Positions 29,201-44,200 are shown, counted from the stretch's first letter. The stretch is DNA of 50,225 nucleotides from Oscillospiraceae bacterium (GCA_963636895.1 CAVHMC010000001.1:1-50225), one strand, 5' to 3'. A program made the numbers and translations. Notes: generated from the letters alone by a model not told the origin.

Positions 29201-32200
29201 TTGTAGTCAAGTTGTCTTCAAAGTATTCCTTTATTGTATTTGTGTTTATATTGTCAGTATCAACATCTCCAAAGGCAAAGACCACAAGAGTTTCGTCAAA
29301 CATTGAAAGAATTTTGTTCGTTGTGTCAAAATTGAAAAGTTTTTCGCTAACAAGTGTGGCATCGTCTCCATAGGCAAGTTTTGCAAGGAATACTCCGCCT
29401 GTTTTGAGAAGGGTATCCTCCACCAAAATCTCTCTACCTACATAGACACTGCTAATCACTGGAGACTCGCTTCGCAAATTGGCAGTCCTACCTGACTTGT
29501 GAGTTTGAGCAACACCCACTATTCCGCCTGCATTGCCGGCACGAATAATGTCGCCAAAACTATAGCACTCTTGCACGTCAACCTTGCCAAGCACATGTCC
29601 CACGATACCGCCCACATTTGTGCCACCATAGATATCCGCGTACATTGCACATTTCTTTATATAAGTAGAATTTCCATAGGTTGAGTTGCTACTTATTCTT
29701 CCCGCAATTCCGCCTACATAGGAGTCTGCAAACAAGCGCGCAGTAATAAGTTTGCCATTATCAAAGAAATTTTGTTTTATGTATTCTTCGTCGGCATCGC
29801 CTTTGATGGAATTCGTCAAAGCGGAACTCGCCTTTTCTAGTGCTTCTTCGTTGTCAATAGTAGAATTGCTGACTTCAAATAGATACACCGGATTGCCGTC
29901 TTTATCCTTTGTATCCCAATCAACAGTCAACTTGGAAACTTTCTTTGTCGTATCATCACTATTAGCAGTAGCTGTTGCAAAGGATACCGAGCTTGTCTCG
30001 CTTGAAGAGTCAGAATTTTCTTTCTTCTCTTCGACCTTATATTCCAACTCTTCAACTTTAAGTTGTGTAGCCACGCAGTTGGTGATTGTTCCACCATTGA
30101 GCCAGCCCACAACACCGCCAACGGTAGTACCTTTTTGACCTTCAACTTTTACACTTGAAATAATGTTGGACAAGTTGCCGTTGCACAAATATCCTATGAT
30201 ACCGCCACAAATAGTTCCTGTCTTGGCCTCTATTATAAGTCTATCCGAGTCTTCTGTCTGCAACTCACCCGATTTGTTATACTCGTTTACTTGTCCCACA
30301 ATGTATGGAGTGGAAGAAGTGCCAAGCCCAAAGGTGAAGGAGTCTTTGCTATCATTGCCCAACAATCTACCAAGCAAACCACCGGTAAAGAAACCATTTG
30401 AAACCGTAGTCTTTACAGAGACACCACCTATTGAGCCACCAACATTTGTTTTGCTCTCTGGCACAGCATAGCAACCTATAGCACCACCAACATAAGGAAC
30501 AGTGAAACTATCGTTATAGCCAAATTTGATAGATTTAAGCACCGTAACCGCAATAGATTGATTTGAATTTTCAAATTTAGTACCAAGTTGTCCACCCGTC
30601 ATCAAGCCTACAACACCACCAGCATAACCGCCAGCATTGTAATTTTTTCTCAAATTATCAAAGTACTCTTTTTTACTACTATCTGTCAACACTTCAGTTG
30701 GAATTATACTTTCTGTACTATAGAAATATGCCGAGATACGTATATCTTTTACGTTATTAAACCATTCAAGTATATTATCAACAAATTTTACACCAAAAGA
30801 AGAACTATATCCTGCACTGCAACTACCACCTATCACACCGCTACCTAAATGGCCTACAATTCCGCCCGCATAAGGAGCACTTATGTGTATAGCAGGCTTG
30901 TTTATGATGCTGTCAGCGATGTCGCTTAATTTAGTATTAAACAAACTCGACGTATCTCCCAGCGAACTCAACCACGAGGCTGTAACCTTTGCATTGTAGA
31001 AGGCAGAGTCACCTTCGACATATCCTGCGATACCGCCCGCAAATCTATCACTAATAACAGACCCTGAGTTTGTAACCGTAAATATCGACAAGTCGCCCAA
31101 GCCCTCTATACTAAAGGACAAGGCGTCGTCCCAACTCACTTCAAATTCGTTCTCGTTCCAATTTCCCTCTGCATATAGACCCAAGGTGTGTTCTCTAAAG
31201 AAGAACTCTTCCATTTCTTTTGTATTTATCTTGCCACCATTTGAATATCCATATATTCCGCCAGCAAAAATTGAACCATTGACAATGCCACTATTCATAA
31301 CAGGGCCGTATTTAACTTTTGAAGTTTTTGTTGTGCCTTCTTTGTCTTTGCATAGCATTTCTTGCATTATTGTGGTCATCAATTCTTTAAACTCACCTAC
31401 AAGAGTTGGATTTTCTCTATAAGACGAAACGGTCACTTCTTTGTTGGCATAGCCTACAATTCCGCCCGCCACTCGACCAACAACGTTGAGATAATTGAAA
31501 GTAGACGTGACAAGCAATGGAGAGTCTGCAAGTCCTACTATACCACCTGCCATACCATTGGAGAACACCACACTACTTGCAACAGCACTAAGGACACTAG
31601 GCAACGTGAGCGTATAGCCCATTGAAAGGCTGATAACAAGTTTGCCACTACCATGAGTCATACCCACAATACCGCCCGAAGCACCAAAACCTTTGTCCGT
31701 TGGCTCTTGCCAAATAACTTCTCCATTGGAAGCCGTTGCTCCGTCTGGATAATAATCGTTAAAAACAATCAAACCAAGAGACTTTTCTTCCTTCAACTTT
31801 TCTTCTGTCTCGCTTGGCTCCTCTTGGACTATTTTGCAAATCATCTTTTCTGCTCTTGTAAGTCCATAGGAAATAACTTCTGCTTGATTTTTCTTTGAAC
31901 TGTCATAGATAAAGCTTGTTGGCTTCCAATATGGGTCATGGTGATACTTGTATACCGTTATACCAGATATAGCGGATATGACATCATCATAGAACTCAAT
32001 ATTGCTTACAATGTCGGCATCGGTCAAGCCACCCAAATCAATATTGAGCAAACTGCCATTTGCCGACAAGCCAATATCTACAATAGGATATTTCTTGCCA
32101 TCTATCAAAATCCCCGCCCCTAAACTTGCTGAGAAGGTAAAGGCGTCGTCTATTGTGGTAAGCATCTCGTCAATTTCATCAAAGCCCATATCTATCTTGT

Positions 32201-35200
32201 TAAACCACTCCGAAAGGACTCCGTCAGAAGCGTATCCACTCTTGGACAACTTGGCCATAAATGTAATAATGGCTTGCGTATTGTCTAGTTTTGTTGTGTC
32301 GCTTAAATTGGTAGACATACTCGTCATACTCTTCATAACAGAGAAGGCTGTAAACATCGACATAAGGTTGGTGTACACTCTACCGAAGTTGAAGCACCCC
32401 GATAGGTACGTTTTGTCTACACTATTTGTGTCAAAATATCCAACAATTCCACCAGCAATTTGTCCCATAACAATGCCAAAATAGTTGTTGATAAGTAGAC
32501 CGGTGTCGTCCGACAAGCCTAATTTTTCTTTCAATAAATCAAAGAATGTGGCTTCGTTTTTTTCGTCAAAACTATTTACGATTGAAGCAATAATTTTTAC
32601 GACAGCTTCCGAAATTGAATAGTCAGGAATTTGATAACCAACGATTTGTGTGTCATTCCCGCCACAAACCACACCAAACAAACCACCCGAAATACCCGCA
32701 AGGGAGTAAACGATACCGTTGTTGGACATAACGCCAAACTCAGCCTCTCCACCAACCACGTTATCTTTCCATTTTTGTGGAGTGAATAGTCCGCCCGTTG
32801 CCACACCTACAATACCGCCCGCCACTCGATAGCCTATGATAAGTGATATGTCAAAACTAAAGCCACCCGAAGTGTTGGTAAACGATTTTGTGTTGCTGGC
32901 TCTAACTTCACCCATTTCGCAATATCCCACGATACCACCCGAAATATTTGGCACGCCAAGTACCACATCTGCCAACTTGCTAAGGAAACTCACAACAGTA
33001 CTTGCGTCATCGGAATTTGAGCTAAAAATTTGTCCTAAATTGCTAAACAAGTTGCCAAAAGAACCTGCAAAGGTGCAATTGTAGACCGTTCCATGATTGA
33101 GATAGCCCACTATTCCGCCCGCAAAAGATTTTAGGATATATCCCCTTAAAATTGCCGAAGCTGTGCAACCTGTTATTACCGTATGAGTATTGGTTGAAGT
33201 TGTCTCGGAGACAAGCCCCACAATACCGCCGGAATAAGTAGCAAAAGCACTACCCACACCACCATTGGTGGAGCAATTTTCTATGCGGACAAATTCCTTA
33301 TCACTTGTGTTGTTAAGAAGATAATTTACAGTCCCTACAACACCACCCGCACTTGATTTGGACAAGCCCAAGCCCAACCAAACGTAAAGTTCAGAACCCG
33401 AAAGATTGACTAGTCCATCTGTATTTGCAAAATATTTTGTCAAAGAATCGTAACTTAATACTGACGACACTTCACTTTCAAATACCGCTTTTCCGCCAAT
33501 AGTAAAGCTCACTATACCGCCCGCATAAACATTTATGGTCTTTGGCAAGGTAAAATCTTTTATTGTCACACCATAACTGCTTGCCGATTGATATACTCGT
33601 CCTACAACACCGCCCGCGGACTCGTTTGATATAACATTAACTCGACCAAATGTACTATTTGTACCCTCAAGGTCGCCTTTTAACAATTTACCCACCACAC
33701 CGCCAACCGACGAATATTGTGCAAATCTTGAGATACCTGCTGTGGCTATAGCCGAGCCTTTTACCGACCAATAATCTTCCCCGCTCATGTTGCTAAGTTG
33801 TGTAAAGGCGCTATAAAGAGCTTTTGGGTATTCTTTAGCTGAAGAAGCATCTTTCCATTCTTTTGTAACTGTCTCTATATATTTGTTGAAAGCATTTGCA
33901 ATGTTGGAGTTCTTGTAATCTGGTAAAGTGGCACTCAAGTCAAGATTGCCCGACTTATTAACATCAGAAGCGGAAGCCTTGATAATAGAATCTTTACCCG
34001 ATTGCCCAATTGCAAATTGTTGCAAGATGCCACCTCTCATACGCCCCACAACGCCACCAACGATGGTCTCTAGAGATGACTTGATAGTCATGTCTCCATA
34101 GATGCTAGAATTGGTTATATTTATCTCTCCCATATCGTCATCTTGATACATTTCGCCCGCGATACCACCAAAGATAATCGTACCATAACCGCTCAACTTC
34201 TTAACATCGACATCAACGTTTGCATTTGTGCCAAAGGAGCAATTTTCCAAAGTGCCCTTGTATATGCTCCCAACAATTCCGCCAAGATAAACATCTTGCA
34301 CAAAGAAGGTAACTTCATGCCAATTGTATTCAATTTCTTTATCTTTGGAAGTGTTTGAGATTACATTTTCTTCCCACTTATCGTGGTCAACTATTTCATC
34401 AGACAAATCTGAATATACAAGTTTTACACTGTCTTCATATTCCCAATTGCCATATCCAAGTCTAAATTTGTTTTGCTCGCCCTTTGAGTCGTTTAGGTCA
34501 TAAGTGCAATTCTTGATTAAAGCAGAACCATTGCTAATACCAGCAATTCCGCCCAAATTCATAATGCCGTACAACGATATCTTATTCTTTTCTTGTTCGC
34601 CCTCACTACTTTTGTTGGTCGTTTTGAGTGACACACCATCAATAATTGGCGTTTGCTTGCTACCACCGATGTAGCCTACTACACCACCGACATAAGAGAA
34701 AGGTTGCAAATAATATTGGTCGTCAAAGGAAGGAGCAACAATCATTTTCTTGAAAATTATATCCCCATAATTATTTATGTTTGTAGTAACTTCATCTCCA
34801 CTTTCGTCGACACTCCTTGTATCATCTGTGTCACTATTAGGGTCATTTGTGGTTATTGTGCCACCCGTCATGATGCCCACAATACCGCCAATATAGGTGA
34901 TATCGTCGTTATAGATTTTGTCACCTGCTGTTGTCCCGTCAAGACTGTTGTTGAGATTTTTTCTTTCCGTAATGCGATTGTAGGCCATAACATTGAGACC
35001 GTCTATCTCGACGTTGGAGATAAGTCCCCCTTCCATAAAGCCTACAAGTCCACCTGCAAAGATTGCCTTCCCGTTTGTGAGGGACAAAGACAAATTAACT
35101 CTATTGTTTGCAAAAGATTTGCCGTCGTCCGCTTCCCCTTCAATCTTATCGTTAAGTTTTATAGATGTTATAGGGTTTTGCAATATCTTTTTTGCATCTG

Positions 35201-38200
35201 CATTCATTTGGGAAGTGTACGTCTCTAAGGTGCCATTGTGCCCTTCTGCTAAAGTGCTGAACAAATCGCCATTGTAGACATAGTTTGGAGAGACATTTGC
35301 GACATCGTACTTATCCGCCACCTTTATGCCAGTTATTTCTCCCGAAGCGATATATCCCGCCACAAGACCGGTCTTGGAGTAGCAACCATTAAACACGATA
35401 TCTCTCACTCTTGTCACTTTGCCATCTTTTGTAGACAATGATTCGTTTGGAATAGCACGCACCAAGCCATAAGTTGCAAACATATCAGATACCAATTTGT
35501 TCCCGCCATCAAGGTCACCTATAAACATTGCATCATATGTATCCCAACTCTCCGACCAATATGTCAATTTTTTGTATTTTTTGAGGCTAATATTTCTTGT
35601 AAACAAATAGTGCCTATAATTAAGTTCGTCTTGCAAGCAATTTTCGGTCACAAGCATATCAAGCAACCCACCATGCTTAATGTTGTATGGCATATCCACA
35701 AAGCCATCAATTGTTGATGTTGGGTTTGGACTTTCAAGATTTTCTTTGTTGTTTCTACCATTACCGGTGTAAATCATTGTAAAATACTTTGTAGTATTCT
35801 CGTCAGCATACACTCTTTTCAAATCTTTCGAAACATAACCATAGTTAAACCATGTATTGTCCAAATTGAGAGAAACGTTGTTTCTTTCTGCGACTTGTTC
35901 GCTTGTGTAAACTTTTGTGTTGAAGGTGTCCACCAAGATTTGTTTGTTGGCTTGTCCCACCCAACTTGTTTGGAACAAATCTAATATTGTCTTTGTAACT
36001 GCACTCAATACAACTGTTTTGTCCGAAACATTTGTTATGTTGGTTTTCTTTATATACGAATTTTTAAGTTCTACGTCGCCCGAGAAAGTCGTAGTCCAAG
36101 CATAAATACCACCAGCAGTGATATAACTTGCGTTGTTGTCTTCGACATCTGCAATACATTTTGTCCAAACGGTCCCCGTACTATCTGTCCCTTCAAAGTC
36201 GCCTGTATAAGCAATGTAGTCGTAATAAGTACGATACAAGTTGGCCTTTTGCTCCTTCTCGTCTTTTAAGTTGTTGCACACTATTGGATATATAGACTTT
36301 GACTGATACGCCTCAATGTCAGCCATGGTGTAGGAATTTGATATAACACCATATACACTCTTGTATGCAATACCACCAAAATAACTTCCGCTAGTCTTTG
36401 CACCATCTATAATTGCCCCTGTATAATAGGAATCATATATGTTGCCAACAAGTCCAGCGTTGTCTACCTTGCCATTAAACACTACAAGACCATAACCTGC
36501 ATCGCTGTACAAATCTGCTGTCGAGAAAGTCCTTGCAATAACGCCATAATTGTTGTAGGCAATTGATGCGATAGAACTTGGAGCGTCACCACTTTTTTCT
36601 GTAGACCCCGAAACACCGCAAGAGAAGATAAAACCATAATTATTTTTTGTTATAACAGCCGATTCACTTGCAAAATTTGAGGTTATATCTACAAGCAAAC
36701 CCACAACTGCCGAGTTTTCGGTAATTGTGTCAAAAACGCTTGTTTGCTTGCTAGAATTTTTCCCTATATTGATAGAATAGCCTTGGCAATTGAGAACCCA
36801 ACCTGCATATGAACTTACAACTGTTTCGCCATCAATAGTCTCCGAAATTGAAGTGGAAATAGTATTATCTAAATACAAATCACTATTCAACACATAATAA
36901 GTGTCTTGCAAAAGGCTTCCACCCGCATAACTCACAGGATTAATTTTTGAGCCAACCACAAACTCCGTTGTTGAACTTCCACTACGATAGTTATTGAAGA
37001 AAATTGTCTCCGTACCTTCGACATATTTGATAAAGTCTAGAGAGTTGCTAGTTGCATTAAAGTCTACATTCAACATGTCGTTCAATAGGTTTTTCAACTC
37101 AACTCCTTGCCCGATTGAACTAAAACTATCCACGCTATTTGGCTCACAAGTAGCATTTGTAATGTTATCGTTGGAAACAAGCGATATGTTCTCATTAAAA
37201 TACACTCGTGCAAGAGAGCCTGAGAAGTTGACATCACTATGCTTGCCACCAATTACACTGCTTTCATAAGTTACCAATTTTTGTCCAACAGCATAGTCTC
37301 TTATTGTAGATAAAATCAAATTGCTTTGGTTGCCAGAATCGCTTAGTACATTGAAAGATTTTTGGATACTGCCGACCAAACCTCCAACACAGTATACAAA
37401 ACTATCATCGTTGTAGAAATAACTATTGCTATCTACACCTTTTCCACGCAAAAGCAAGATGTTGCCAAGCACAATAACATTCGTTATGGCTAGAGAGTCC
37501 GCATAGCCCACCGCTCCACCGATGTACATTTGTCCTTCTTGAGAAGCCACAATATCCACCGCTGTCAAAACTGTCCTTAACTCAAGTGAAGTTGCACTCG
37601 CGACTACACCACCCACGACAAGATAGCCAAGCGAACTATAACCATCTTTATCAGTAGTTTTTTCTATTCTAATCTCTTTTGCATCACTTAAAATATTTGT
37701 CAAACTCATTGTGGAAGAAGTTTGCCCAATAATTCCACCCACATAAAGAGAAGCAAAAGATATGGCGTTGACTTTTATTGGAAGGTTGCTATAAACATTG
37801 TTTAAAGATGACGAAGTGTTGTCTCCCACCACACCACCAATGATAGTCTTGGAGCCATTGTTGTCCACATTTGCAACAATTCTTGCATCAAACGCACTAC
37901 CTACGACTTTGGCACGATTTCTAATAAACACATTCTCTATCGAAGCAATATTTCTTCCAACAGCACCACCAACGGTGAGTTGCCCTTTAACATTTGTCTC
38001 GATGCTAATATTGTCGATATATACGTTGTCAATATTTCCACTTGTATAACTCTTGCTTGCGGAGTAAGAACTTGCCGTTCCCACAAGGCCACCAATGTAT
38101 GCACCACCTGTAGAGTTGGTATTTGGATTATTGACAATAAAGGCTTTCGAGTCATTCCCCACTTTTATAGTCAAATTGTCAACATAAACGCCTTCAATTT

Positions 38201-41200
38201 CACCTTTAAAGTAGCCAGCAACACCACCAACATACAAATTCTCGGCATCTTTGTACGATTCGGAATCTGATTGATAATCTGAAGTGATGTATATCTTTGT
38301 ACCATTTTCGCCCATAGCGACGGAATTGCGTATCTTGCCATTGCCTTCTCCTACCAAAGTGCCATAATAAATACTATTTGATTTTTGAGTTGTCGTTATT
38401 TTTACATCAAGATTTGTACTGCACGATTGAATAACAACCGAACTTTCGCCCGTAGAAGCCATAAGTCCGCCAAAATATTCCGCGTTGGTTTCTACTTGTG
38501 AAACAGCAGTGGTTATGCTTGCTATTTTAGACGTGTCAGTTGGTGTCCCGCCTTCATAATTTGAGACGACGGAAGCAATAGTAAATTTTGAATTGTTGTA
38601 GGTATACACTCTTGTCTCGTCAATTTCTGTGCTATTTACTGTTTTTGCTTGTTTGTATCTAGTCACAAGGAAAGCAGTCTCACCAACAAAGGTTGTAGAA
38701 GTCTTTTCAGTCGTAACGGTCCTTGTCCCTTTTGTAATTTCATGTTCTTTGACGTTAGATGGGTATTTTGACACCATTCCCATAAGAGAACTATAAATTG
38801 AGACGTTAGACACCGTCACGCCTTCGGCAAGTGCGACCAAAACAGAAGCTTTGGTAGATGCATCTAGTCCATTTTTAAATGTAACCTTGTAACTATCAAC
38901 AACAATGCTAAAATTGGAGAAAGTTGCATTGCTAGCATGTTCAAACAACGCATAAGAGGTCACTTCCGAATTGTCGACATTAAATTTAAGATTAAACAAA
39001 ATTGGATATCTAGAATATTTATTGCCATCTGTATCTGTGTATTCTATGGTGTTGCCCACAATTCTTCCGCCAAAAGTTTTGGAAATAGGAGTAATATCGC
39101 CCACTGTGCTAAAATCTAAGTCGTTCATGATAAGGTAAGTCATTTCTGCATTGTTGGAAGATGACACCTCTTCCATAAACTCTTCTGCCGTATAAATTCT
39201 TCTCACATTGGTTTGCATACCATATTGCAAAGTAGGAAGGACTTGCTCCTCGTTATAGGACCATACGTCACGAGACCATTTTAATGGCCCAAAGTATTTG
39301 TCGCGAAGGAATGTCCCATCGTCTGTTTCATTTTGAATAAATCTATACAATTGATGAGGTTGAATGAGATAATAGACCTCGCCTTCTAAATAACCGCTCA
39401 AGTATTCGTCGTAATTTGCACCGCTTTTCGCTGTACCCCAAAGTTCTATAAGGTTATTTTGAGGATAGGTCGAAGAAACAAATGTCTCATCTTTTCCCTT
39501 GTTTAGCTCTGTAGCATCAAATTGTCTCAAGGCATATTGATTGAAATATACTTTTGAAGATTGCTCAATGCGAACAATGCCTTGCCCTTTGCTTGCATCG
39601 GCATTGGTATATTCTCCATACAAAGCACCAAGTTTGCCTTTTTTGCCAGCAGTATTTTCATCATTAACAAACGCATACAAATCGTCAAAATCAGTTTTTT
39701 CATAAATATTTAGTGCAACGATATTGCTAAGTGTCAAGGTCTTGTTGCCACTAGTAATACTTTCAAACAAACCATCTATTGGGTTGTCAAATATCTTACC
39801 TATTATACCACCAATTTTTGTGTCTTTATTTGTTGTATCGCCAAGCAAACTTGCATTGGTGTAGACATTTCTAAGTTCGCCCACATAACTTCCGCCAACA
39901 ATACCACCCACTGCGGTTGCGTGAGAATTTCTTACATCGACTCTATTGTAGGAATCAATTATACTACCTGAGCCATTTACCGAACTCCCCGCATTGATAC
40001 CCACAAGTCCACCGATGTATGTTGGAGTTGCATCTGTGCTATCGTTGTACAAATTGATATTGATTTGCCCCCTACTAGACCCACCTTCCACATATTCTTT
40101 TAAGGCTTTTTCCATAGATTGGTCATAAGTTTTGTTGTAAGAGACATATGTCTTGTTTACCATACCATAGTTGAAGCCCGCAACGCCACCCGCCACAAGT
40201 TTGGCGGAGAGCAAAGAGCCACTGCCTACGATAAACTCAGACCTTGCAACCATGGTTTGCGACCCAATTAAACCAAACAATCCGCCCACATAATTTGATA
40301 TAATTGCAACATCTTTGTTAAAGGAGGTATCTGTTATATTTTTAGAATTCTTTTTAAACTCGCCCACATGGACATTGTGTACGACTTCTTTTGAAATAAC
40401 CGCTGTACTACTTGTCAAAGTTTCTTGCCTTAGGTCTACCACACCCGCTATACCACCCGCGTAGGAACAAGTGTCAGATTTTAGCCCAGAAAGTCTTAAA
40501 TTGCCCGATTGTGTAAGTGGGGCTATTTTTGACCAAATGCTAAAATCTTTTACAAGAGTTGCACTGTTTTTGTCAGTGTTGCCTTTAATTGACAATGTTG
40601 AGTAAATATTGGAGACATAGTACAACTTGTCTTTATCAACACTTGACCTACTATTTGGGTCGCTTGACGTAATAATTCCCGCCAAAGCCCCCACGTAGTT
40701 TTTACCAAACACGAGCCCTTCTTGATTGCTTGATGGGACAAGGGTAACATTAGAAATATTGCTATCTACAATAACGCCCGCAAGAGCACCCACCGCTGTG
40801 GTGTCTGTAGCACTTATATTGGTTACACCAAGTGTCAAATTCTTGACCCCAGCACGATAAATATCTTTAAACAAACCAAAAGCATAGCTGTTGCTTGCGT
40901 TGTCGTTGAGATTGATATTTGTCATAGCAAGATAATTGCCATCAAAAATTGCTGTTTGACCTGTAATAGAAGTAAATTCTACCGTAGTAGACTCAATGTT
41001 GTCGTTGTTAAAATCAATATTGTTGATAAGTCTAACATTAAATACATATTTTGAAGACGAATTTTCAAGTTGTAAATTGTTTTTGTATTCTCTAAAAATT
41101 TTGTTGTATTGTTCTGCTGTAGAGATTATGTATGGGTTGTTGAGCGAACCCAATTCGTAATCTACAACATAGGTAAAGTAGACCGTAACATCTCCACCAC

Positions 41201-44200
41201 TAGACTTGGTAGTATTTTTTATTCTACTTGAAATTGCAATCGTGTTGGCACTTACAAGGTCTGGATAACCGTTTATTCCGTCTTTTTCCATTCTTATAGC
41301 CCAAACACCACCCGAGCCATTCCCTGATGAAAGACTTAAATCTTCTATCTCTGGGTCAAAAGAGAAGCCGTTGAAACTATCTGTTAAAGTAAATTGATTT
41401 ACTCCTGACCTAGCGCTTGAAGTAGACACACCGTCTACAATAGCATTGTCCGAAAGCTTTTGTGCCCTTTCGTCTTTGGTGTATAGTTCTTCTCCCTGTC
41501 CGTCTTCCAATAGATAGTAGCAATTTTCTATTGTCCCAAGTTGCTTTTTAGAACTGTTATCTCCAGGAGAAGCGATTGTGCTTTCAAAAGGTCCATAAGT
41601 GTTTTTGTTGGAAATTTTACTTAAGGAATATGATGTCTTGATATATGAAGTTTCCCCTTTAATATACACAAATCCAGCCACACCCGGCAAGGAATTTGCC
41701 GAACTATCATTTACCCTAGCAGTCTTTATAGCATAATCGTAACTACCTGTGAGATTGATATTGGAGTAGCAGTCGGCAATATAGTTTGTGTTGGAGAAAA
41801 CAAACCCCGAGGCACACCCATTTGAGAAAATACCTCCACCAAGTTTGCGAGAATTGACGTTTTGAGCATCGTTTTCTTCTATGCCACTAGCATAAGAACC
41901 ATAAATGTACCCAGTATTATTGACGACAAAGCCCGCAGTCCTTATATTTTGAGTGCCATTAGCAGAACTAAAGACTTCTATTTGCAAATTATCCGCATAA
42001 CTTGAAGAAATTGTACCTGAGTTGGTTGCGACAAACCCGCCAACATTTCCCGCTCCATAAAGAGCCATGGTAAAGTTTGTGACATCACTTAATTTTTCTT
42101 TTGTTGCAACAACCGAACCAATATAACTTGTCTTTAAGACATAAACGTCTTTTCTACCCACACGAGAGTTGGTGATAATACCACTATTTGTTCCAACAAA
42201 GCCACCAACGTTGATGGAGTCTCGAGAGACAGTGTTGTTTGTGTAAGCATTGATAACATACCCATTGCTGACAGTAGACGTCGTAGCTATTACGTCACAG
42301 TTGGTTATTATACCTTCATTGACGCCAGCAAGTCCGCCATAATTGATGGTGGTGTAAGAATTAAGTTGCGTCATATATTGTTGTGTATTTGACGTGCCAC
42401 CCACACCTGTTTTGGAGTTTGGCAGTGCAACGATAACGTTTTTGACAATAGATGAACTTGAAATTTTGCCAAACAAACCAAAGTTGACTGATTGGGTTGT
42501 TCTACTATCTGGCAAATAGAAACTATTGATGGTTATAACCTTATTATTCCCGTCAAAAGAAGCAAAGTTTGCATCAATTGGAGAATAGGTATCAAGTGTT
42601 AAGTCGTTTACCAAAATGTAGTTGCCTTGTCCGTTTTGCGCATTTGCCATCTTCATAAATTCTTCTTGTGTGGAGACAGCTATAAGGTCAGTCTCATCGT
42701 CACCAGCCACAACATTGACCGTAAAGTCTATCTTAGCAACATATATACTTGTAAGAGACTCGTCCAGTGGAATAAGTTGCAATTTACCCTCATTGTAGAC
42801 ATAGGAGAACTTCATTCTTAAATTGGCAGACCCGGCATTGATAAGACCTTCGAGATAAATGGTGTTGTAGTCAATTGTATAATTGATAGTCGAACCGCTT
42901 GCACCTAGCAAATCTGCAGTGGCAACAAAAGTGTCACTGTCTGCTGTAGCAGAAAGTTGCTTGACTGAGAAAGGCACATTGTTGAGTTCGCTTGCAACAT
43001 TTAGATTTCTATATTCTCCGTCAATAGTTGGATTTTCGATAAACCAATAATAAGGGATATCGGCATTGTCACTTAAAGAAGAATATTTATTTGCAAGCAC
43101 CGCTCTTGAAATATTCTTTTCAATTGCACTCAAACTACTTTTTGTTCCATATCCTTCAAGGCTTACTTGCAATTGTTTTGATGAAGAAATCGTCATATTA
43201 AACACATTGTTGTCGTCAAGGCCATTGATAGACACCTTGGTCACCACAGCATCTACAACTGTAACGGTTTGTTCCAAAACTTGATTTATAACATCATCTC
43301 CGGTTGAAATCTCAACAGTCAACCTAATCTTGATTGTGTCACCAACTTTTGCATTTTTGCCAAGTTTCAAAAGCCCATTTTCTAAAGTAGCATAATCGGA
43401 ACTTTCTCCCTTTTCTTTTCCGCCACTAATGTAATTGTAGGATAAGTAATACTTGTAGCCCGTTTGAACCTTTGGAGTGATAGCAAGGTAATCAGCGGTT
43501 GTTTCTTCGTTTTCAATACCTGTTGCTGTATACGCTATGATATTTCTTGACGTCCCGTCGTGAGAAATCGTCAAAGTTGCAGTTGGAGCCTCGACAACTC
43601 TAAGAGGAATAGTCGTTGTGCTCTTTCTCTCCGCATACTTTCCGCTTGACGAAGTAAAGCCCATATAACTTACTTTTACGATAATATCTATCGAGTCCCC
43701 CGCTTCGAGCGAACTTGGTGCAACCACCCTTATATACAATCTACCCACGCCCCCATCTTCGCCAAAACTATAACTATATGCATCACCATGAAGAATACCT
43801 GTCTTGTAGTCTAAATATGCATCTTTTAAGGTAGAAACTAGTTGCAAATTTACACTACCATCGGCATTTGTGGTGGTGCTTGGACCTGCGATATAATAGG
43901 AATTGTTATCCCCTTTGTCCCCATTAACTTTTAAGAGTTGAACAAAGGACAATTCTTTGCTCCCTTTTACAGAAGACTCTATTGTCACAGACATTTCGTT
44001 TGCATAATAAGGCACCAAGTCTACCACGAGCAACCCGCCCATTCCACTCACCAAAGTGCTACTTGCATTTGTGACATAAGAATAAAAAGTTGTACTCCCT
44101 TCATTTGGCTCGCTTGCTTTTACAAGTTTTGACGCTTCCTTTGTATATGTATAATAGGAATATTCTATACTTGACAATTCCGATGGAGAAACAACGACCG

